A stretch of 64,000 nucleotides of DNA from a virus. The DNA is taken from IMG/VR virus record IMGVR_UViG_3300049734_000086, positions 10,431 to 74,430 of that record. One strand, 5' to 3'. This document shows, one piece after another, positions 9,552-19,534 of the stretch; the first letter of the stretch is position 1, and each line of letters begins with the position of its first letter. The position numbers and the translations under genes were made by a program. The notes under the pieces are model-generated. The model was not told the origin of the DNA. It saw only the letters and a program-made list of their open reading frames with translations, and searched no databases.

Positions 9552-12500
9552 CTAGTCCACCAGGACCAGTTCCGGTTTCGCGGGCTGTGGATCCGGCGCG
9601 GGGACATCGGAGGGCCGTGCCCCTGCGTAGACCATGGTGTCGAACTCCGGGTTCTTGAGCGGCGTCAGGAAGTGCTTGGTGTGCCACGCGAGGAGGGACT
9701 GCGCCTCCTCTACGGTGCGGGCGTAGAAGACCTCGGGTTTCAGTTGGTGCGTGTTGAGACGTGGACGCCCCGCGCCGACACCCCAGAGGACCTCGAAGCC
9801 GACGCCGAGCCACTTCAGCGCCAGTTGGTACGACTTGTAGGCCAGGGGGTGGAGGCGGTGCGCCGGGTCTGAGAAGCCGTACTTGTCGTAGTAGGCGATG
9901 GTCGAGGTCAGGTACTGGTAGATCTTCGGCGTGAGCTGGGAGTCCGCGCCTTCGTATCCGGCCAGGACGGTCAGATCGCGCATGATCAGCACGTAGGCCA
10001 GCTCCCTGGGCTCTGGATCCTCGATCAGCTCCCGTTGCAGCAGGGGGAGGTTCCGCTGCGCCATCTTGTGGATGCGAATGGGTTCCGTTTCGTAGCCGTA
10101 GTGGACGATGTTGACCGAGGGCACATCGAGGGCCGGGAACACCGCCTCGTTCTTCTTGGTCTCGGGCTGTTCGTGGACCAGTCCGTAGAACTGGATGCCC
10201 CGGTTGGCGCGGAAGACGCGACAGGGGACATCGAAGAACTGGTCGAAGTCGAGCATCAGGTGGTGCTGCCGGATGATGTAGCCGAGATAGGGCCCCGCGC
10301 CGGTCAGTAGCGTGTGAAGCAGGTGCCCGCCCTGGAGATGTTCGTCGGCGTCAATCCACAGGATCCAGTCGGCTTGGTGGTCCTGCTCGGCCAGTCTGAC
10401 AGACTGGTTGCGGACGGCCGAGAAGCCGCATTGCGGCCACTGGAGCCCCAGGGCGGTATGGTCGTGGACGTGGACGTGCGGGAACTGGGCGGCGACCGCC
10501 TTGGTCCCGTCGGTGGAGCCCGTGTCGATGATGACCGTGGCGTCGACCAGCGGCCAGATCGAGTGGAGGCACCTGAACAGCCACTCCTCGGAGTCCCGGA
10601 CCATCATCGTGGCGATGAGGCGCTGGTAGGGCCGGGTGGTCAGAATGGTGTGCCAGTGGTCGCAGGACATCGACGGGTGAGCCTCGACGCCAGCCTCGGC
10701 CCGCCGCCACTGGATGATCCAGTGCCCGCACGAGTTCCCCCGGGGGCTGGGCCCGAAGTCGATGTGCTCCCACTTGGAGTGCTGCTTGCCCTGGAACAGC
10801 ATCGTGATGTCCCGGAGCTGGAAGTGGTGCGTGTGGCCGCGTTGGAGCCGGGTGCGGAAGGGGATGTGCTCGGACAGGGGGCCGTGGGGGCAGGTGATGA
10901 GGCACAGGCCGCCGGGCTTGACGTGGGATTCGAGCCAGTCGATGACGAGGTGAGGCTCGGCGGTGTGTTCGAGGTACTCCCCGCAGAAGACCGCATCGTA
11001 CCCCTCGCCGGGGACGGGCAGTGAGGGCATGGCGCTGAGATTGGCGTCGAGGAAGGTGACCCGGTCCTTCAGCCCCTCCTTGTCGATGGCGGTGAGGGCT
11101 TTGGCCAGGACGCCTTGCGAGTAGTCGACCAGACATACGCGGAGATCGGGCATGGCGCGGAGGGCCGCCAAGGCCAGACTGCCATTGCCGCAGGCCACGT
11201 CGAGTAGGGTCTTGATCCCCGCCTCCTTGAGGTAGTTGACGATGGCCAGCAGCCGGTAGGAGGTCCTGGCCTCCAGCTCGGTGTCCATCGAGAACTCCGC
11301 GTAGTCCTCGGCGGTCTGCTCCTCCTGGCGGATGACACGGTCGCAGAACTGATGCGCCTGCCACGCCTCCTGGGCCCATGGCTCGGTAGCGGTGTCGACG
11401 TGGCCTTCCCGGACAGCCGGGCCCTCGCCCTGGCGCTCCCAGTCGATGATGAGGTCACGGGCCACCAGCTTGGCTGCCACATGGTGGTCGTCATGGAGCA
11501 GCCGCCGGAGGACCTTCAGCTTCTCGGCCTGGTACCTCCGCTCGAACGACTCGACCAGGAACGTCTCCCACTCCTGGGCGATGGTCTCGAACGTGTAGGC
11601 CGGGAACACGTGGGCCTTCCCCGCCTGCTGCATGTCGGAGTACAGCTCGTCGGCCTCCTCCTGGCTCTCCCCCTCGTCCCCGCCCGAGAGCGTGAACACG
11701 GCTTCGAGGAACGAGTCCTGGTAGGCCGCACTCATGGCGTCCCCTTCGATCAGGACGCCCGCGCCCTCGCCCACGGTCTCGGGGAGTGCGCCCTTGTAGG
11801 AACCGATCAGGACGCAGCCGCAGGCCTGGGCTTCCAGGGCGGCGATGCAGGAGGTCTCGGCGAAGTTGTCGACGCCCGGGTAGAGCATCAGGCGGGACGT
11901 GGTGAGGAGCTGGTAGAGGTCCGGCTTGGCCAGATTGCCGTGCCAGACGATGCCGCCGACCTTCTCGTTGACGGCCGCGACCCGGCGGTCGTACTGCTCA
12001 CAGACCTTGTGCCAGCCCTGGGCGTCGTACATCGAGTCGTAGCGACAGAGATGGAGTTCAGCGTCCGGGTAGCGTTCGCGGATCCGGGGCCACATCTTGA
12101 GCAGGGGGTCGAGGCCGCGCTCGGGACGCGAGATGTAGCAGTACTTGTGGCGGTTGCGTACCGGGTGAGGGACCTCGCGCCCCTCGAACGCCGCCAACCC
12201 GCCAGCGAGAGCTGCCTCGATGGACGAGGGCTGGTAGTGCTCGGGCCACACCGGGATCAGCGTGTGGTCGAAACCGTTCTTGGTCACCCACGACGGCGTC
12301 CCCCCGACAATGTCCTTCTGCTTCCCTTCCCACTGCTGGCGGTGGTACTGCGAGACGTAGACCAGGGTGTCGACCTGGGTCAGGGCCGAGGCGACCTGGG
12401 CCACGTCCGCGAGCATGTCCTGGTTCCACAGCAAATTGAGACCGGCCCGGGTCCTCATGGCGAACGGGCTGGTCATACGGAGGCTGACGAACACGTCCGG

Positions 12501-12791
12501 GGCGCAGACGCTGAGGGTTTCGGGCAGGTGCTCGGCCGGATGCCAGGAGACCCCGTCGTACTCACTGGGGTCCGTGGGGTCGAGCGTCAACTGCGCCGCA
12601 AAGATGTGGACATCATGGCCGCGCGAGGCAAGGTGCTTGGCCAGTCCGACGGCGGCCGACTCACTGCCGCCCAGGGAAGTCTTCCCCTCGATGACGGCAC
12701 GGGAAAAGGGGACGGACTCGATGTAGAAGACGATGTTGAGGTTGGTCAGACGATAGTCGTCTGGCCGCACGCCACTCGGAAGCATGATCAT
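9552..12791 (-). CDS. glycosyltransferase family 4 + class I SAM methyltransferase + glycosyltransferase family 2 fusion
   Basis: GT-B motifs LGGSE, YISRPERGL, ETSCIAALEAQACG; MTase LLDVACGNG and EYLEH; GT-A DTGSTDGT and WIDADE. Confidence 0.9.
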   Translation of the reverse strand: MIMLPSGVRPDDYRLTNLNIVFYIESVPFSRAVIEGKTSLGGSESAAVGLAKHLASRGHDVHIFAAQLTLDPTDPSEYDGVSWHPAEHLPETLSVCAPDVFVSLRMTSPFAMRTRAGLNLLWNQDMLADVAQVASALTQVDTLVYVSQYHRQQWEGKQKDIVGGTPSWVTKNGFDHTLIPVWPEHYQPSSIEAALAGGLAAFEGREVPHPVRNRHKYCYISRPERGLDPLLKMWPRIRERYPDAELHLCRYDSMYDAQGWHKVCEQYDRRVAAVNEKVGGIVWHGNLAKPDLYQLLTTSRLMLYPGVDNFAETSCIAALEAQACGCVLIGSYKGALPETVGEGAGVLIEGDAMSAAYQDSFLEAVFTLSGGDEGESQEEADELYSDMQQAGKAHVFPAYTFETIAQEWETFLVESFERRYQAEKLKVLRRLLHDDHHVAAKLVARDLIIDWERQGEGPAVREGHVDTATEPWAQEAWQAHQFCDRVIRQEEQTAEDYAEFSMDTELEARTSYRLLAIVNYLKEAGIKTLLDVACGNGSLALAALRAMPDLRVCLVDYSQGVLAKALTAIDKEGLKDRVTFLDANLSAMPSLPVPGEGYDAVFCGEYLEHTAEPHLVIDWLESHVKPGGLCLITCPHGPLSEHIPFRTRLQRGHTHHFQLRDITMLFQGKQHSKWEHIDFGPSPRGNSCGHWIIQWRRAEAGVEAHPSMSCDHWHTILTTRPYQRLIATMMVRDSEEWLFRCLHSIWPLVDATVIIDTGSTDGTKAVAAQFPHVHVHDHTALGLQWPQCGFSAVRNQSVRLAEQDHQADWILWIDADEHLQGGHLLHTLLTGAGPYLGYIIRQHHLMLDFDQFFDVPCRVFRANRGIQFYGLVHEQPETKKNEAVFPALDVPSVNIVHYGYETEPIRIHKMAQRNLPLLQRELIEDPEPRELAYVLIMRDLTVLAGYEGADSQLTPKIYQYLTSTIAYYDKYGFSDPAHRLHPLAYKSYQLALKWLGVGFEVLWGVGAGRPRLNTHQLKPEVFYARTVEEAQSLLAWHTKHFLTPLKNPEFDTMVYAGARPSDVPAPDPQPAKPELVLVD

Positions 12792-13097
12792 CAGTCCTTC
12801 TGCGGCAGTGTGACCGCCGTGGCCACAAGGCGCGGTAAGTGGGTCTGCGAGTGAGGCCGTCAGCCCGCCGATGGGCTCCGTGGGCCAGTGAGGTCAGCGT
12901 CTGGGGTCAGCGTCTGGGGTCGTCGAGGTCAGCGGGCAGGTCAGCGGCGTCGTCGGGATCGGCGTTTTACAGGCTTACGAGCCCACCCGCCAGTCGCGTA
13001 GTAGGCGCGGACTTGGCGGGCGGTGTAGGTACGGCCCGAAGGTGAGCGGTAGCGGTTCTTACCGACCTTCTTGAAGGGCACGGGTCGGTCATCCCGG

Positions 13098-13298
13098 CTA
13101 CGGAATCACCTTGGTGTTGACGTAACCCTGAGTCGTAATCGACACCGGGATCGCCGCCCCGGTCGTCGGATGAATGCCCATCAGCACGACCCGGGTGCCG
13201 GGCGACTGTGCCTCGGCCGGGGTGGTCAGATTGTCGGCGAGCATGCCGACGATGATGCCGATGAGTACGCCGATTGCGATCTTGGCCCGCATGGTCAC
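13098..13298 (-). CDS. small membrane/secreted protein
   Basis: Hydrophobic N-terminus followed by AEA. Confidence 0.45.
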   Translation of the reverse strand: MTMRAKIAIGVLIGIIVGMLADNLTTPAEAQSPGTRVVLMGIHPTTGAAIPVSITTQGYVNTKVIP

Positions 13299-13552
13299 TC
13301 CTTCTTGGTCCGGTCATCCGTCACGGGTGTACTCGAGCCTCGCCGGGGCAGTTCCGCCTTCTCGACCAGCTCGGACACCGGCTTGGTCGGTTCGGCGGTG
13401 TCCTCGGGCTTGCGGTTCTCCGGGTGTTCAGCCTCGGGCCCCAGCAGCTCGTTTGCCGCCTGCTTGAGGTCCTGGACTAGTTCGACGGTCACTTGACTGA
13501 GACTGGTCACGGCCTGCAGCTTCTTGAGCGCCTGTTTGGTCTTGTCGGTCAT
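13295..13552 (-). CDS. hypothetical protein
   Basis: 85 aa with GGAGG RBS, coupled to downstream ORF. Confidence 0.5.
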   Translation of the reverse strand: MTDKTKQALKKLQAVTSLSQVTVELVQDLKQAANELLGPEAEHPENRKPEDTAEPTKPVSELVEKAELPRRGSSTPVTDDRTKKE

Positions 13553-13895
13553 TGGGTCCCTCCGGGTGTGGGTGTGTTTCGAGATCCGGGCTGCAGGTGC
13601 AAGTTGTGCGCCTGAATCTCAATTCCCCCAGCAGCCGCGTCAGTACTTCACGTGCCCCCTCCGGCTGCCCGGTTTCCCCTGCAAACGGCAGGAGGCTTTC
13701 CGAGAGTGACCCGAGGAGCGCACACGACTCTTCGATTTGCTTGAGGACCGCCGGGTTCTGATTCTTGAGCGCATCGTCGGCCTGCTCCAGTCGTTCACGG
13801 ATCCGCTTGGTGCGATGCGGACTCGCGCCCTTGTCGTCCTGGGCCTGCAAGTCCAGTTCGCGTAGCACGGGGTCGAAATACACTCTCTGTCGCAT
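13428..13895 (-). CDS. hypothetical protein
   Basis: GGAG RBS; 3' end overlaps next gene. Confidence 0.45.
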   Translation of the reverse strand: MRQRVYFDPVLRELDLQAQDDKGASPHRTKRIRERLEQADDALKNQNPAVLKQIEESCALLGSLSESLLPFAGETGQPEGAREVLTRLLGELRFRRTTCTCSPDLETHPHPEGPNDRQDQTGAQEAAGRDQSQSSDRRTSPGPQAGGKRAAGARG

Positions 13896-14054
13896 CGGGG
13901 GTCTCCCAGGGGTCTGCAGCGGTCGTCGTGGCTCAGTCGGCGCGGGGAGTGTACGCTAAAAGGGTGGGTGTACGCAAAAGGGCGGTGACCGGGTTTCTGC
14001 CGATCACCGCCAAAGTCAGTAGCGGGTTGTAACCGCCTTGACGCTACCACACTC

Positions 14055-14228
14055 TCAGGACACCTCCTCGGGCGGCTCGGTCTCATCGACCGGGGCCCAC
14101 CCCTCGGCCCGCAGCGTCTTGCCCTGCGTGCGCCACTCTTCGTTGGTGACCGTCTTGTGTTCGCCCGTGTTGGCGTTGACCAGTTCCTTGGTGTTCTGCT
14201 GTCCGGGCGGGCCGTCTGGCTTTGGCAT
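14055..14228 (-). CDS. 57-aa hypothetical protein (below ORF-track cutoff)
   Basis: MPKPDGPPGQQNTKELVN..., GAGGA RBS, TGA at 14055. Confidence 0.55.
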   Translation of the reverse strand: MPKPDGPPGQQNTKELVNANTGEHKTVTNEEWRTQGKTLRAEGWAPVDETEPPEEVS

Positions 14229-14281
14229 GAGTGGTTCCTCCCTGGGTGACGTGTGAACCGTGACCGTGGCTGTGACCGTAC

Positions 14282-14800
14282 CTAGGACCGTCCGCTGCCG
14301 CCCGAGGTGCCCGTGGTGGCCAGTTGCTTGGCGGCGGGGATTCCAGCTTCCTGCTCTCGCTGTCTGATCTTCAGGGCCTCGGCCTGGGCCATGGAGAGCG
14401 TGCCGAACTCGGCGGGCTCGTTGCCGGGCAGAGGCACGCGACCGCCCTGGTCCAGTCCCTCGTCCAGCTCCTCGCCCGTGTGCGGGTCGACGGCAGGCGG
14501 GGCGGCCATGGCGCGGACTTGCTGAATCGGGATGACCTCGCTGGTCCTCAGCACGAAGCCCTGGGGCACACGTACCGTGACGTGCATGCCGTGGATCTCG
14601 TGGACAACCAGCCCGCCATAGAGACGGTCACCCTTCTTGACAGCCATGTCGGCGACGGCCTTCTCCGACTCCTTGTCGGCCTTCTTCTCGTCGCGCGACT
14701 TGTCGGCTTGCGCTTCCTCGAACGCCTCGGTGCGGCGCTCGGCATCGAGTTCCTGGCGCTCGATGACAGGATCAACCGGCGGTTCTTCCTTCTTGGCCAT
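14282..14800 (-). CDS. hypothetical protein downstream of capsid
   Basis: 172 aa, charged, GGAGG RBS. Confidence 0.55.
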   Translation of the reverse strand: MAKKEEPPVDPVIERQELDAERRTEAFEEAQADKSRDEKKADKESEKAVADMAVKKGDRLYGGLVVHEIHGMHVTVRVPQGFVLRTSEVIPIQQVRAMAAPPAVDPHTGEELDEGLDQGGRVPLPGNEPAEFGTLSMAQAEALKIRQREQEAGIPAAKQLATTGTSGGSGRS

Positions 14801-14834
14801 AACGTGTTCAACCTCCGCAGTTTCCAGGTTGCAT

Positions 14835-14879
14835 AAAACGGGCCGGGTTCCCCTTGACAGAGGGTGGGAACCCGGCCCG
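14835..14879 (-). terminator. intrinsic terminator after major capsid gene
   Basis: GGGCCGGGTTCCC / GGGAACCCGGCCC stem followed by a T-run on the minus strand. Confidence 0.7.
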
Positions 14880-14913
14880 GTGTGTCGCGTAGAAGAAGCG
14901 AGTCAGTCTAGCA

Positions 14914-16098
14914 CTAGGCGCTGCGGGCCTGGAACATCTGCGCTTCCTGGTGCAGTTCCAGCGTGTACTCCCCGATGATGTGACGCCGTTCGTTGTCTCC
15001 CGTCTTGGCCAGATTCTGTCGCTGGAAGTTCCGGCCGGTGAGCGGCATGACGAAGATGCGGCGCGTGTCCACGCCCATCATGGCCTGACGCGGCATCCAG
15101 GGCGAGACGATCTTGATCACGTCGCCGAAGTCGGTCGTGACTCGCTCGATGACCCGCTGCACGGTGCGGTCGGCCTGCTCGACCTGGATCTTGCTGGCGT
15201 TGGTGGCCGAGAGGGCCGCCGACCATTCCGAGCCCATGAGCAGTACGTTGAGGTTCCGCGCGCCAGCGTTCCACCCGACCTGCATCAGGGCATTGGTGTA
15301 GAACAGCGGGTCGGCGGTGAAGGAGCTGTTGACGATGATGCTGTTGTTGGTCGTCAGGATCGAGCGCAGCCCGTTCATGGTGCGGTAGGTGTTGTCGTCA
15401 CCCAGGGAGCTGATGGCCACGGAACGGATGACGGCCTTTTCGAGGTCGCGTAGCAGTTCGATGGTCCGCAGGGTTTCCTGGTTCTCGATCTCCGAGCCCA
15501 CGTTCGGGCGGGTCAGCACGGCCTGACGGGTGCCGCTGATCCGAATCGGCTTCTTGAAGATCTGGGTGAAGTTCTGCTTCGGGGTACGGGGCCGCGACAC
15601 GTCACCGTCGGTGTCGTCGCCTTCCTTCTCCGCCGTCGAGATGACGAAGAGGGTACCGCCCGGGGCCAGGGAGTTCACACCCTGGGGGGTCAGACCGATG
15701 TTGCGGCTGACCAGGAGGCTGTTGGGCCCGGGAATCGAGGAGACCTGCACGATCTCACGGTTGCCCGAGGGCGGCTCGAACTCCAGGAGCATGCCGACCT
15801 GCAACAGGTGCGCGAGGCCGTCGGTCTGGAACCCGGTGGCGGCGGTGGCGCTGTTGATGGCGGTGGAGTTGATGATCCGGTCGGGGCCAATCGCCTGCTC
15901 GAACCACTGATGCACGGGCGAGATCGCCGGGCGCAGGGGCTGGGGCAGGAGGTCGAGGAACGGCGTCTCGAACGGGGACGCCAGGAGCAGGATTTCCGAG
16001 ATGTCGGTGTCGATGACCTGGAAGTCATCGGAGGTGGCCAAGCCGGTGAAGACAGCGGCCCGGCTCACCTGCGGTGAAAGTCGGCGCGGGTATTTCAT
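14914..16098 (-). CDS. major capsid protein (SU10-like/DUF5309 type)
   Basis: ETPFL, HQWFE, NFTQIFKKPIRISGT, LAKTGD, GEYTLE motifs; follows scaffold. Confidence 0.85.
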   Translation of the reverse strand: MKYPRRLSPQVSRAAVFTGLATSDDFQVIDTDISEILLLASPFETPFLDLLPQPLRPAISPVHQWFEQAIGPDRIINSTAINSATAATGFQTDGLAHLLQVGMLLEFEPPSGNREIVQVSSIPGPNSLLVSRNIGLTPQGVNSLAPGGTLFVISTAEKEGDDTDGDVSRPRTPKQNFTQIFKKPIRISGTRQAVLTRPNVGSEIENQETLRTIELLRDLEKAVIRSVAISSLGDDNTYRTMNGLRSILTTNNSIIVNSSFTADPLFYTNALMQVGWNAGARNLNVLLMGSEWSAALSATNASKIQVEQADRTVQRVIERVTTDFGDVIKIVSPWMPRQAMMGVDTRRIFVMPLTGRNFQRQNLAKTGDNERRHIIGEYTLELHQEAQMFQARSA

Positions 16099-16446
16099 AG
16101 ATGTCGGGCCTCCTTAGCGGCCTGAAGCAACCCTAGAAACGGACTAAGCGCGGAAGTCGGTTCCCCGTGATTGTTACGGCCTGCGGGAACAGGCGGCCCT
16201 CCGTCACAGTGGCCGAGGAGGTCCCGGCAATCGGCGTACGGGTCGTCAGGATCGGCGAGTGGTCTTCGTGGTCAGTCTGGCGGGTCGTCGGGGGTCAGCG
16301 TCGGGAGTCGTCGAGGTCGTCAGGAGGGCGGGCCGGTGATGGCTGGGCACCGGCCCGCCGCGCAATGGCTACCAGGGAGGGGTGGGAGTCGAGGACCACC
16401 CGGACCAGTTAGCACCGAGCAGTCTACACTACTCGTCAAGCCCGTT

Positions 16447-17385
16447 CTACTTCTGGGCCGCCTTCTTCTTCTCCTTCAGTTCCTGGACCTTGGCGGCGGC
16501 CACCTTGCTGGCCTGCATGTCACCCAGATCACCCGTCTTCTGGGCCTTGGCGCGGGCCTCCTTGTGGACCGTTTCGGCCGCCGCGATCTCCTTGTCGATG
16601 TCCGACACCGTCGCGCCCGTGTCCGAGCCTGACGCCCCGGCCCCACCGGCCCCACTGGGCTCTCCGTTGGCCTCGGCCTTGTACATCCAGGGCTTGTCGT
16701 GGCGGTGCTTCTCGATCAGGTCCTTCACGGTGACGGGCTTCCCGGCCTTGAGCAGTGGCTTGCCGTCGTCGCCGAGGATCATGGGCTTGCGCTCGTTGTC
16801 CAGCGTCATACGGGCGGCGAGCAGGGCCGCTACGTCACTGGGGTCGACCGCGCCCTGGGCGGTGGCCTCCAGGGCCAGGGCGTTGAAGCAGCGGTCCTGC
16901 CGAATCTCGCCCATCAGGGTCTCGATGGTCTTCTGCCGCTCACTGAGCGTCGAGTCGTGGTCCGCCTTGATGGAGGCGACGACTTGGTCGTACTTCCCCT
17001 TCTCCTCCAGGGCGAGCCGTTCCCGCTCCTTTTCGGCCGCCTTGAGCCGTTCCAGTTCCTTGGCCTGCTCGGGGTCGGGGCCGGGGTTCTGCCGCCGCCA
17101 CTGGGCGAGACGGTTCTCGATCAGTTCATCGAGCTGCGTCTGGAGCTGGGGCTTGGCGCGCAGGATCTCGGTCAGATTGTCGGCGAGACGGTCGGCGCCA
17201 CCGCCCTGGTTGCCGCCCTGGGTGCCACCGCCGCCAGCACCCCCATTGCCGCCTTGGCCCTGCTGGCCAGACTGGGCTGCATCGGCAGCGGCACTGCGGG
17301 CGAGAGGGAGGGGGAGGCCGTACAGTCGATAGGCGTGGGTCTTGGTCGTGGTCTTGGCTGTCAACGTCATCGTACGAATCACCAT
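16447..17385 (-). CDS. capsid scaffolding protein
   Basis: Gly/Gln-rich N-terminus, coiled coil, KPWMYK...GAGG tail; upstream of capsid. Confidence 0.75.
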   Translation of the reverse strand: MVIRTMTLTAKTTTKTHAYRLYGLPLPLARSAAADAAQSGQQGQGGNGGAGGGGTQGGNQGGGADRLADNLTEILRAKPQLQTQLDELIENRLAQWRRQNPGPDPEQAKELERLKAAEKERERLALEEKGKYDQVVASIKADHDSTLSERQKTIETLMGEIRQDRCFNALALEATAQGAVDPSDVAALLAARMTLDNERKPMILGDDGKPLLKAGKPVTVKDLIEKHRHDKPWMYKAEANGEPSGAGGAGASGSDTGATVSDIDKEIAAAETVHKEARAKAQKTGDLGDMQASKVAAAKVQELKEKKKAAQK

Positions 17386-17404
17386 GGTCGGCGGTCTCCT
17401 CAAG

Positions 17405-17722
17405 TTACGGTTTTTCGGTCGGATTCTGGCCAGCCCCGCCCGATGGCGGGCTCATGGCTTTATGGACGGCCGCCCCGGTGGCGCGCGTGAAGCCGAAGAC
17501 GCCAGCAGCCGATGTGGCCACGACGATCCAGGCGGCGAAGTACGAGAACAGTTGCGGGCGGCTCACCATGGCTTCCCGGCTGTAGCCCCACATCCCGCAG
17601 CCGATCGCGGCGATGGCCAGGACCAGCAGGGGGCCGTACTTGTCGGGGACCCCGCCCCATTTGACCAGACTGGTCAGGGCGACGACGGCGGTGGAGACGG
17701 CGGCGATGGCTTCTGCGTCCAC
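17405..17722 (-). CDS. holin-like membrane protein
   Basis: Three hydrophobic segments in lysis cluster. Confidence 0.6.
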   Translation of the reverse strand: MDAEAIAAVSTAVVALTSLVKWGGVPDKYGPLLVLAIAAIGCGMWGYSREAMVSRPQLFSYFAAWIVVATSAAGVFGFTRATGAAVHKAMSPPSGGAGQNPTEKP

Positions 17723-17731
17723 GGAACCTCC

Positions 17732-17995
17732 CTATTCGACGTGTCCACCACGGGCGAAGGCCTCGGTGGTGTCGTGCAGTAAGTACTTCACAATCTGCCA
17801 CACCAGGGGCCCGAACTCCCGGGCGGCGGAGCCCATGGCGATGTAGCTGAGCGCCTTGAGTTCGCTCGCGTCGAAGACCGTGGCGGTGCCCCACAGGGCC
17901 AGAGCGAACACCCCTACGAGGCCCGACAGGATGCCGAGCTTCTTCCACGTGACCGTCGAGAGCTTTTGTAGCCGATACGGCTGTGAGACCATCAT
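17732..17995 (-). CDS. membrane protein (lysis cluster)
   Basis: Two hydrophobic segments; GGAG RBS. Confidence 0.5.
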   Translation of the reverse strand: MMVSQPYRLQKLSTVTWKKLGILSGLVGVFALALWGTATVFDASELKALSYIAMGSAAREFGPLVWQIVKYLLHDTTEAFARGGHVE

Positions 17996-18006
17996 GGTCA
18001 GTCTCC

Positions 18007-19521
18007 TTAGTCCGGCGGCAGCCCGTATTCGGCTTTGTAGTCGTTGACGTGCTTCTTCTTGGACTCCTCCCAGGAGAGGTTCCCTGAGTAGTAGTCCCAG
18101 GCCGCGCGCTGGGAGTGGACCGAGATCATGCCAGGGTCGACGATGGGCGCTCCCGAGGCGTTGATGGCCAGTCCGAAGTCCACCGATTTCGATTCGTCGT
18201 AGGGAATCACGTCGTCTCCTCCTCCTCCACCGCCGCCCCCGTTGCCGCCCCCACCGCCACTGCCACTGGATCCGGTCTTCCTGAGTTCCCTGAGCCGTTC
18301 CGCAATGGCCCCGGCGTTTTCCACGTCGAAGATGTTCTCCCACTGCCCCATGTCCGGGCGCGAGGCGTTGAGCCTGTTAGACCAGATCCCCGGGTCGGTG
18401 TGAAACGTGTAGCCCTTGAAGTGGGCGTCGATGGCCAGTTGGTACCGGCTCGCCAGCCAGCCGGGGTCGGTGCTGGAGACCACCGAGCTGTACGGGCCGA
18501 TGGGTTCGGTCGACCACCGCTGCGCCGGGGCGTGGGGGCCGAGGTTCATGGGCCGGTGCAGGGAGAGGTCGCTGGAGTTGCGGCACCAATGCTCGGTGAT
18601 CGCCGTGGCTGGGTGGCCAGAGTGCATCTTCTCGACTTCAGCGGCGATGACGGCCTCGTCGGGCCAGCCACCCATGATGGAGTCCGGAGATGACAATGCG
18701 TACGGCACGCCAGGGAACTTTGGAATGATCTCCCAGCCGAGCATCCGCACGAAGTGCGAGGGCGAGAAGTTCGGGTGCGCGTTGACTTTGTACTCGTTCT
18801 GGGACTCGATCAGGACGAACATGTGAGCAATGTCCGCCAGCGAATCGCAGAAGCGGCGGCAGGAGTCCTTGATCTCCGACTCGGTCACCCATCCTGGATC
18901 CGCACCAGCAGTCACCACCTTGTGCTGCTTGAGGCCGTACTCCTCGAAACACATGCGGACGAAGTCGCGCACGATCTGATCGTGGTTGGACCACGACATG
19001 AACACGCCTGCGTGCCGCCACGGATTGCTGGGATCGTCGGTGCCCACCGAGTTGAACGAGCGCACGTAGTCCGCGCCCAGGTCGTCGCGGATCCATTTGA
19101 GATTCGGACGGAGGCAGGGCCAGTTGTCCCGGAACGCGCGAGGGCCGTAGAAGAGGGAGCAGCCGAGCAGGGTACTGTGGACGGGGGCGGTCCCCAGGTG
19201 GTCCTTGGCGGTGACGGGGATGAAGTGCTGCCCGGTGATGTCCAGTTCCTCGGGGTGGAGATTCAGCGAGGCGTACGGCGCTCCCGCACTGACCACGCAG
19301 TCATAGCCGAGCAGACGCCCGCCGGTACTGATGGCGAAGGTGTCCGAGACCGGCGAGCCATTACTCGTGCTCTTGCACCCCCAGTTCTGCCCCGGATCGG
19401 AGAACCGGAACTGCTCCATGCACTGTCTCGTCCAGGGCTCGATCATCGGGCCGGAGGTCGGCAGCCCGAAGCGGTCGGCGAACTGCTGCAGCAAGGCACC
19501 GTGGGTGTTGGGATCGAACAT
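18007..19521 (-). CDS. putative glycoside hydrolase-like (TIM barrel) lysis-associated protein
   Basis: LGADYVRSF, ESQNE and STEP segments resemble clan GH-A acid/base and nucleophile sites; Gly linker; next to amidase. Confidence 0.4.
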   Translation of the reverse strand: MFDPNTHGALLQQFADRFGLPTSGPMIEPWTRQCMEQFRFSDPGQNWGCKSTSNGSPVSDTFAISTGGRLLGYDCVVSAGAPYASLNLHPEELDITGQHFIPVTAKDHLGTAPVHSTLLGCSLFYGPRAFRDNWPCLRPNLKWIRDDLGADYVRSFNSVGTDDPSNPWRHAGVFMSWSNHDQIVRDFVRMCFEEYGLKQHKVVTAGADPGWVTESEIKDSCRRFCDSLADIAHMFVLIESQNEYKVNAHPNFSPSHFVRMLGWEIIPKFPGVPYALSSPDSIMGGWPDEAVIAAEVEKMHSGHPATAITEHWCRNSSDLSLHRPMNLGPHAPAQRWSTEPIGPYSSVVSSTDPGWLASRYQLAIDAHFKGYTFHTDPGIWSNRLNASRPDMGQWENIFDVENAGAIAERLRELRKTGSSGSGGGGGNGGGGGGGGDDVIPYDESKSVDFGLAINASGAPIVDPGMISVHSQRAAWDYYSGNLSWEESKKKHVNDYKAEYGLPPD

Positions 19522-19534
19522 GGACGCTGGTCTC

